A stretch of DNA of 64,000 nucleotides, taken from the NCBI GenBank assembly GCA_963714835.1, contig CAVQPX010000008.1, positions 335,519 through 399,518 of the forward strand, given 5' to 3'. Shown piece after piece: positions 58,558 through 64,000 of this stretch (position 1 is the first letter of the stretch; each line of letters starts with the position of its first letter). The position numbers and the translations under genes are program-made. The notes below the pieces were generated by a model. The model saw nothing but the letters and a program-made list of their open reading frames with translations. It was not told where the DNA came from and made no database searches. The stretch is from an uncultured Chloroflexia bacterium. Lineage in GTDB: Bacteria > Chloroflexota > Limnocylindria > Limnocylindrales > CSP1-4.

Positions 58558-58775
58558 GACGAAAAACCCCTCGCTTCGATGGGAAGGAGGGGGTTCAGCC
58601 GGTCGAACGCATCGGGACCAACCCTTTCTCTCGAAGGTGGTGCACCTCCGCGGGGCCGGCGACCGGACTTGCGTCGCTTGCGCGACGTTCACCGTAGCGG
58701 GACTGTGCCGGAATCGCACCGGCTTCGCGACCACGCGGGGAGTGTCGTGTTGTCGTCGCGCAGCGTACACCCGAT
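58558..58775 (-). ncRNA. cobalamin (AdoCbl) riboswitch with intrinsic-terminator expression platform, in the 5' leader of the ABC importer operon
   Basis: Minus-strand read: GCGAAGCCGGTGCGATTCCGGCACAGTCCCGCTACGGTGAAcg. It matches the conserved cobalamin core position by position against E. coli btuB (GGGAATCCAGTGCGAATCTGGAGCTGACGCGCAGCGGTAAGG). A B12-box-like AAGTCCGGTCGCCGGCC follows. Next comes the hairpin CCCCCTCcttcccatcgaagcGAGGGG, then TTTTTCG. The SD and ATG at 58513 lie ~45 nt further on. Confidence 0.8.
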
Positions 58776-58901
58776 GCCCGCACCGCCGCCAGACACAAGA
58801 TCCGCCGTCCCGAGATGCGTGGCAGCTAAGCGCCGCGTGGCATCGTCACCGCCTCGCCTCCGACCGCCGCAAGCATCAGCCCGTCGGAGGAGGTTCGGAT
58901 C

Positions 58902-59804
58902 ATGCAGACGCGATCGCGGATCGCACTGCTCGGAGCGACGGCGCTCGTCGCCGCGGTGGCGCTGGACCTTGGCCTGCGTTCCGCGGCACGAGCGGCGCCG
59001 GTGCTCGATGGAGGGATCGACCGAACGGTCGTTCGAGGAACGGACACGATGGAATCGCTGCGCGCCTGCCCCACGGGCGATGCCGGGACGGCACGATCGG
59101 CCCCGTCGACGGCCGCACTCGAGCCCCGGCTCGACGGCGATGGATCGCTCGTGGGCTGGAACATCGACATCGCGGCGGCCGACGAGCGGCCCTGGCGGAT
59201 CCGGCTCCATCCGGAGAGCTCGATGTCGGAACCCGTCGGGGGCCACGTCGTCGTGTCCGAGGATGACGGGGTGCGTTCGGTGGTGAGCATCGTCGCTCTG
59301 GACCGGCGCTGCGCGACGGTCATCGTCCAGACGGCGGACGTGGTCCGGAGCGCGGTCCTCCGCGACCGTGACGGCTCGGTCGTGTACCACGCGGTCGACC
59401 GGGCGACGCGCCGGGACCTCGGGGTCTGGGCGGCGGTCTCGCTCGACCGCCCGCCCACGAGCATCCTCACGGCACTCGCAGCGGATGATGACGCGGCGCG
59501 CCATGTCGGCCGGGTCTACCTGACGCGACTGCTCCTCGACGGATCCGGCGGCTACCTGGCGGTGCAGTCGTGCGGGGAGCGCTCGTGCCGGACGAGGATC
59601 GTCGACTTCGCCCGCGGACGCGAGACGCGGGTCGACGACCCCGACCAGGGCCTGCTCGTCTCGTTCGATCGCGAGCGTGCCGACTTCGTCGACGCCTGCG
59701 ACACCGTCGGCTGCTCGCATCGGATCGTGGGCCTTGCACTTCCCCTCCCGATCGTCGACCGGGACTTCTCGCCCATCCCGCCGGGAACGGAGATCACGCG
59801 ATGA
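58902..59804 (+). CDS. secreted protein of unknown function (signal peptide)
   Basis: RBS GGAGGAGG. MQTRSRIALLGATALVAAVALDLGLRSAARAAP signal; 300 aa with 8 Cys. Its stop overlaps the next start (ATGA). Confidence 0.6.
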   Translation: MQTRSRIALLGATALVAAVALDLGLRSAARAAPVLDGGIDRTVVRGTDTMESLRACPTGDAGTARSAPSTAALEPRLDGDGSLVGWNIDIAAADERPWRIRLHPESSMSEPVGGHVVVSEDDGVRSVVSIVALDRRCATVIVQTADVVRSAVLRDRDGSVVYHAVDRATRRDLGVWAAVSLDRPPTSILTALAADDDAARHVGRVYLTRLLLDGSGGYLAVQSCGERSCRTRIVDFARGRETRVDDPDQGLLVSFDRERADFVDACDTVGCSHRIVGLALPLPIVDRDFSPIPPGTEITR

Positions 59805-60874
59805 CACGGCGCCATCCGTCACGCCTCGCCCGCCTGCTTGCCTCGGTCCTTGTCGCGAGTCTGCTCGTCCCAACGGTGGCGTCCGCCCACGCGCCCGACC
59901 CTGCGATCAGCGCGAACCGCTGGAGCCAGGACCAGGTCGTGCCCTGGAAGTATCGGTCCGGGCAGGTCCCACCCGCCTGGATGGCCGCTGCCATCGAAGC
60001 GGCCGCCGCCGACTCGAACGCGACGCGCGCCAGCCGTGCGGCCACGTTCTCGAAAGCCGGGTCCGCGGCCAGCCTCATCGCCTACGGCGAGCCGACCGGA
60101 TGCAGCGCGCTCGGGATCGCCTGTTTCGCGCGCACCGGTTCGCCGCCAACGAGCTTCGCCATCTGGTTCCGGGCGAACGGCTGGGTGTTCGACTGGGGTC
60201 GGCTCTCCTGGTGCCAGGGCCCCGACGGTTCCAAGAACGGTTGCTTCGACGTCGAGAACGTCGCGCTCGACGAGTTCGGTCACGTGCTCAGCCTGGGCCA
60301 TCACGTGAACTACGCCGACCAGAGCGACTACCTTGATGCCGTCGTGCAGACGGTGTCTCGGGCGCGGCCGGCGGCGGGCTGGAACGCGCATGCCTATGGG
60401 CGCTGCGACACGGCCCGCCTCCAGCTCGACTATGACCGGCCCACGCCGTCGAGCCCGTTCTCCACGTGCCTGGCGATCCCGTCGACGATGACGTTGGCGG
60501 CGTCGAGGACGACCATCTGGACGGGCGAAAGCGTGGCCTTCACGGCGACCCTCAAGACCACGACCGCGTCAGCGAACGGGGCACTGGCCGGCGATCCCAT
60601 CGCGGGCCGCATCGTGACGATCCTCCGCCGTCCCCTCGGGTCGACCGCGTGGACGACGATCGCGACCATGCCGGCGACCACAACGGCGGGCACCTACGCG
60701 ATCACGGTCTCCCCCACCGCGACGTACGACTGGCAAGCCAAATTCAGTCCGTCGGCCGAAGGCGTCCTGCCGGCCACGTCTCCGATCGTGCGCGTCACGC
60801 TCTCGTCGTGCAGCGGGCCACGCTGCGAACTGCGGGTCGCCGAACGGGCGACCGCGACCGGGATCCGTCGATGA
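59801..60874 (+). CDS. secreted protein with degenerate metzincin/matrixin-like motif (DEFGHVLSLGHH) and Thr-rich Ig-like C-terminal domain
   Basis: MTRRHPSRLARLLASVLVASLLVPTVASAHA signal. NVALDEFGHVLSLGHHVNY resembles HEFGHSLGLxHS with the first His replaced by Asp. The C-terminal beta-rich region is TATLKTTTASANGALAGDPIAGRIVTILRRPLGSTAWTTIATMPATTTAGTYAITVSP. Confidence 0.55.
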   Translation: MTRRHPSRLARLLASVLVASLLVPTVASAHAPDPAISANRWSQDQVVPWKYRSGQVPPAWMAAAIEAAAADSNATRASRAATFSKAGSAASLIAYGEPTGCSALGIACFARTGSPPTSFAIWFRANGWVFDWGRLSWCQGPDGSKNGCFDVENVALDEFGHVLSLGHHVNYADQSDYLDAVVQTVSRARPAAGWNAHAYGRCDTARLQLDYDRPTPSSPFSTCLAIPSTMTLAASRTTIWTGESVAFTATLKTTTASANGALAGDPIAGRIVTILRRPLGSTAWTTIATMPATTTAGTYAITVSPTATYDWQAKFSPSAEGVLPATSPIVRVTLSSCSGPRCELRVAERATATGIRR

Positions 60875-61470
60875 GACGTGGGCCGCGCCGGCCGTGGCCC
60901 CTGCCGTGGCCGGCACCGTGGCCGAGGCCGTGGCCGGTGCTCTTCGTCGCCGTGTCTCTGGCCGGCTGCGCGGCCGTCGGCGGGGATGCGTCGAAGGTGA
61001 CGCCACACGCCGGGCAGCCGTCCAAGCCCCAGGTGACGTTCGCAGCCACCGACCCGCCCAGCGCCGCCCCGACCCATGACAACCCGGCCATCGCCGGCGA
61101 ACTGGTGGTCGCTCCCGACCACCGGGTTCCAGGGGTGCTCGGATCGTGGTTCCTCAACGAGGTCGGCAGCGACGCGCCCTGGATCCCGGCCCAGGCCCTT
61201 GCTTCGATCCCGGTCACGGGGAGCGCCGAGCTGCGGGTGCGCTTCGCGGACGCGTCGCCGATCGGGGCGTGGCAGGCCGTCGCGGCCAGGGCGGCCGATG
61301 TTCGGGGCGCCGCGACGTTCGGCTTGGGCGGGCGCGAGACATCCGGACCGCCGCTCGCCGGCGTGCCGATCGGGTCGCTCTCCCCGGGCGACTGGGTGCT
61401 CGCCGTGCGCCTCGTCCGCTTCGATGGGCGCGGCGAGGCGACGTTCTACTGGCGGCTCGCGGTCGAGTGA
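60871..61470 (+). CDS. lipoprotein of unknown function (PWP-repeat signal region)
   Basis: MRRGPRRPWPLPWPAPWPRPWPVLFVAVSLAGCAA (lipobox LAGC). ATGA overlap with the upstream gene; 199 aa. Confidence 0.55.
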   Translation: MRRGPRRPWPLPWPAPWPRPWPVLFVAVSLAGCAAVGGDASKVTPHAGQPSKPQVTFAATDPPSAAPTHDNPAIAGELVVAPDHRVPGVLGSWFLNEVGSDAPWIPAQALASIPVTGSAELRVRFADASPIGAWQAVAARAADVRGAATFGLGGRETSGPPLAGVPIGSLSPGDWVLAVRLVRFDGRGEATFYWRLAVE

Positions 61471-61471
61471 T

Positions 61472-61485
61472 CCTGCCGCGGCAGG
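61472..61485. terminator. palindrome cctgccgcggcagg between convergent genes (possible bidirectional terminator)
   Basis: Read directly, 2 nt after the lipoprotein stop and 13 nt before the SWIM gene stop. Confidence 0.3.
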
Positions 61486-61498
61486 GCAGCGACGCTGC

Positions 61499-61777
61499 TC
61501 AGCCGACGGCGACGGGCTCCGCCGCGGAGAAGATCGAGACCTGGGCGTCGTCGGGCAGCATCACGCCCATGATCTTCTGCAGGGTGAGGAGGTGGACACA
61601 GACCGCCCACGAATCGAAGTAGTGGCACGTGCAATGCCAGCGACCGGCGTCGAGTGTCACGTGGTGCGTGTCGTTGTCGCCACGGAACGTGAGCGAAAGG
61701 CGGTCGATCGAGATCCGATCGAGCTCTCGCGAGTAGCGATTCGCCTTTTCGACCTTGCCGATCAGGGAACTGTGCAT
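61499..61777 (-). CDS. 92-aa SWIM-type zinc-finger miniprotein
   Basis: RWHCTCHYFDSWAVCVHLL fits CxCx(9)CxH exactly. RBS GGAGG 10 nt upstream of the ATG. Confidence 0.6.
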   Translation of the reverse strand: MHSSLIGKVEKANRYSRELDRISIDRLSLTFRGDNDTHHVTLDAGRWHCTCHYFDSWAVCVHLLTLQKIMGVMLPDDAQVSIFSAAEPVAVG

Positions 61778-61861
61778 CGCGCAGAACCTCCAGCGCCCGC
61801 TGGGCGCCTATGAAGGCCGCCGTCCGGTCTCTGCACTCGACCGGTCGTGACGGTCGTCTGT

Positions 61862-61884
61862 CTCCAAGGGTACACCCCTTGGGG
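61862..61884. terminator. hairpin ccaaggg-tacac-cccttgg downstream of the cupin/phosphohexomutase operon
   Basis: Inverted repeat read directly. Confidence 0.3.
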
Positions 61885-61978
61885 CGACGAAGTCACCTCC
61901 ATGCGGTCCTCCCCGGATATCCTTTCGGGCCATCCCGTCGGGCCATCCAGGAGGCACGTTCCGGCCATCTTCGGTGCG

Positions 61979-62356
61979 CTACGGCGCCGAGGTGCCCTCG
62001 CGACCGTAGTCATCCTCGATCCGGATGACGTCGTCCAGCTCGGTCGTCGATACCTCGATGAGCTCACAGGTCTCGAGCGCCTCGAACCGGTGGCGTCGGC
62101 CCGTCGGGACATGCTGATGGTCGCCCGGGCCGAGGTCGTAGGTCCGCAGTGCGCCCGCTTCATCCTCGAGGTGAAGGCGGAGCAGGCCAGCGACCACGTA
62201 CACGGATTCGTCCTTGCGCTCGTGGTACTGGAGGGACAAACGATGACCGGCATTCACGACGATCACCTTGCCGACGTAGCGATCCGTTTCGGCCCACACG
62301 AGTTCGTGTCCCCAGGGCTTGTCGACGCGGCGACCCGCGGCCTCGTCCCGGTTCAC
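61979..62356 (-). CDS. cupin-domain protein (mannose-6-phosphate isomerase type-II C-terminal-domain-like)
   Basis: VDKPWGHELVWAETDRYVGKVIVVNAGHRLSLQYHERKDESVYVV cupin motifs (G(X)5HXH...QYH). GTG start overlaps the upstream stop (GTGA). Confidence 0.65.
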   Translation of the reverse strand: MNRDEAAGRRVDKPWGHELVWAETDRYVGKVIVVNAGHRLSLQYHERKDESVYVVAGLLRLHLEDEAGALRTYDLGPGDHQHVPTGRRHRFEALETCELIEVSTTELDDVIRIEDDYGREGTSAP

Positions 62357-63837
62357 CCGCCGCGGACCAGCCGCTCGCCGGCGACGAGCATCGCCTCGCG
62401 CGTCTCCTCGGACGTCGCCTCGACATAGACCCGCACGAGCGGCTCGGTACCGGACGTACGGACCAGCAACCAGGAGCCGTCGGCGACGAAGAACTTGAAG
62501 CCGTCGTTCGTGTCGAGGGCCACGGTCCGGTTCACGGCCTGGCCGGCGAGCTCGGCCGGCGCCTGCTCCTTGAGGTCCACGAGCAGCCGGCGCTTCGTCT
62601 CGGTGTAGGCCGATCGCTCGATGTGGACGTCGATCCGGCGGTACCACGACGGGCCGGCGATCTCGTGGAAGTGGGCGATCGCCTTCGACACCGGCCAGCG
62701 GCCGGCAGCCCGCTCACGGAGGAACAGGTCGAGGAGGAGCAGGTCGGCGTAGATCCCGTCGCGCTCGGGCAGGTGCATCCCGAACCCGAACCCGCCCGAC
62801 TCCTCGCCGCCCATCATCGCCCCGGTCTCGATCATCTTCGGGCCGATGAACTTGAACCCGACCGCCGTCTCGTGGACGTCGATCCCGTAGTGCTCGCCGA
62901 GCCGTTCGGCCATCGAGGTGTTGTTGATGCTCTTGACGACAGGATCGCGCCAGCCGCGGTGCTCGGCCAGGTAGTACATGAGCAGGCCGGTCACCTGGAG
63001 CTGGTGGATGAAGACACCGTTCTCGTCGGCCGCCCCGGCGCGGTCCGCGTCGCCATCCAGGAGCAGCCCGAGGTCGTAGCCGCCCGCGGCCATCATCCCG
63101 AGCGCCTCATCGACATGCGGCCGGATGGGCTCGGGATTGACCCCGCCGAAGTACGGATTGCGCTCCTGGTGAATCTCGTTCACCCGGATCCTGCCCCCGG
63201 CCAGCAGGCGGCTGATCCAGCCCGACCCGGAGCCCCACATCGGCTCGACGAGGACGCTCGCGTCCGCGGCCTTCAGCTCGTCGAGGTCGAGCGTGCGGCG
63301 AACGAAGCGCTCGTAGCCCTCGAAGGGATCGAACCGCTCGACCTGGCCGGCGGCCTCGGCGTCCGCGAACGGGCGTCGCTCGATCGGCAGGCCGCCGTTC
63401 CTTGCGATCTGGGCTTCGAGGGTCTTGAGGATCTCGGGGCCCGCCGCGGATCCGGAGGGCGCCTTCACCTTGAACCCGTTGTCGGTCCACGGGTTGTGGC
63501 TGGCGGTGATCACGATCCCGGCCGCCGCACCGCGCTCCACGACCTCGTAGGACGACATCTGGGTGGGGACGGCAGTCGTCGAGTAGGCGACGGGGATGTC
63601 GCGCGCCAGCAGGACCTCGGATGCCGCGATGGCGAAGTGCTCCGACGCGAAGCGCCGGTCATAGGCGACGACGACGCCCTTCGCCTGCTCGCCCCGGTCG
63701 ACGACGTACTGGGCGACGCCGTCCGCGCAGCGGCGGACATTCTCGAAGGTGTAGTCGTCTGCGACCCTGGCGCGCCACCCATCGGTCCCGAACACGATCG
63801 TCGTGGGTCCGGGTGCGGTCGCAGTGGTATCGGTCAC
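62353..63837 (-). CDS. alpha-D-phosphohexomutase family (phosphoglucomutase/phosphomannomutase)
   Basis: GTDGWRA, active-site Ser loop GIVITASHNPWTDNGFK, metal-binding LLLDGDADR, sugar-binding GGEESGG; 494 aa. Confidence 0.85.
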   Translation of the reverse strand: MTDTTATAPGPTTIVFGTDGWRARVADDYTFENVRRCADGVAQYVVDRGEQAKGVVVAYDRRFASEHFAIAASEVLLARDIPVAYSTTAVPTQMSSYEVVERGAAAGIVITASHNPWTDNGFKVKAPSGSAAGPEILKTLEAQIARNGGLPIERRPFADAEAAGQVERFDPFEGYERFVRRTLDLDELKAADASVLVEPMWGSGSGWISRLLAGGRIRVNEIHQERNPYFGGVNPEPIRPHVDEALGMMAAGGYDLGLLLDGDADRAGAADENGVFIHQLQVTGLLMYYLAEHRGWRDPVVKSINNTSMAERLGEHYGIDVHETAVGFKFIGPKMIETGAMMGGEESGGFGFGMHLPERDGIYADLLLLDLFLRERAAGRWPVSKAIAHFHEIAGPSWYRRIDVHIERSAYTETKRRLLVDLKEQAPAELAGQAVNRTVALDTNDGFKFFVADGSWLLVRTSGTEPLVRVYVEATSEETREAMLVAGERLVRGG

Positions 63838-63838
63838 G

Positions 63839-64000
63839 TCATCCCTCCGGTTCGGAGCAGCGAGCGAGCAGTTCGTCGATGAGGGCCAGGTGCGGACGCG
63901 CCCCGCGCAGCACGGCGATCGATTGTGTCGCGGTCATGCTACCGCGCTCCAGCGGCGAGACCGCGCTGATGCGACCCCCGGCCCGCCGCACGATCAGGTC
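63839..64000 (-). CDS. 3' end of an unidentified gene (C-terminus ...DLIVRRAGGRISAVSPLERGSMTATQSIAVLRGARPHLALIDELLARCSEPEG*)
   Basis: Open frame running off the window end with stop TGA at 63841-63839, 1 nt from the phosphohexomutase GTG start. Identity not recognisable. Confidence 0.35.
   Translation of the reverse strand, partial: DLIVRRAGGRISAVSPLERGSMTATQSIAVLRGARPHLALIDELLARCSEPEG

Noticed and set aside
60890-60960. Triplet-periodic PWP-coding repeat (ccgtggcc...) suspected as a tandem DNA repeat element
   Set aside because: It is the coding sequence for the PWPLPWPAPWPRPWP N-terminal region of the lipoprotein, a coding repeat rather than an intergenic or mobile repeat.
1-64000. CRISPR arrays, IS/transposase or integrase genes, rRNA
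   Set aside because: No regularly spaced direct repeats, no transposase/integrase-like ORFs and no rRNA-like conserved strings were found. The window looks like core chromosome.

Overview
High-GC (~70%) window, most likely from a Gram-positive-type genome (Actinobacteria- or Chloroflexi-like). The evidence is strong GGAGG-type ribosome-binding sites, many 4-nt ATGA/GTGA stop/start overlaps, and gene content. Nearly all of it is core chromosomal genes, densely packed on both strands.

Main blocks:
- acs (partial), mscS, and an IclR regulator with a class-III aminotransferase, divergent from an FAD oxidase.
- A DUF885 protein, then a 974-aa uncharacterised multidomain protein (N-terminal segment resembling the SAM-binding half of a beta-class N6/N4 methyltransferase, Zn-ribbon, disordered linker, conserved C-terminal domain) with a TPR protein upstream.
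- PolX (frameshifted) and a multi-GAF GGDEF protein.
- An MgtE-N/CBS protein followed by NRAMP MntH.
- A cNMP-binding protein translationally coupled to a group-3b-like [NiFe]-hydrogenase (fused beta-gamma, small and large subunits), then the maturation protease, HypC, an EamA transporter and a hypothetical protein.
- A ~12.4-kb, 14-gene minus-strand supercluster: ask, birA, ECF sigma, putative anti-sigma, accD, accA, a lysine-less BCCP paralog, accC, fabZ, a metallophosphoesterase, fabF, accB, fabH, fabG.
- thrB-thrC-hom, trpS, surE, and a GAF-GGDEF cyclase.
- A 4.6-kb block of three consecutive frameshift-riddled genes (two tandem CrtI-like oxidoreductases plus a GcvT-like aminomethyltransferase), and a lipase.
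- A btuFCD-type ABC importer plus a lipoprotein, preceded by a clear cobalamin riboswitch with terminator hairpin.
- Three overlapping secreted/lipoprotein genes, a SWIM-Zn-finger miniprotein, and cupin plus phosphohexomutase.

No rRNA, tRNA, CRISPR array or obvious mobile element was seen. The most unusual items are the 974-aa protein, the BADC-like (lysine-less) BCCP inside the acc/fab operon, the sigma/anti-sigma pair embedded in that operon, the cNMP-domain gene coupled to the hydrogenase, the riboswitch-controlled lipoprotein, and the localised frameshift cluster.
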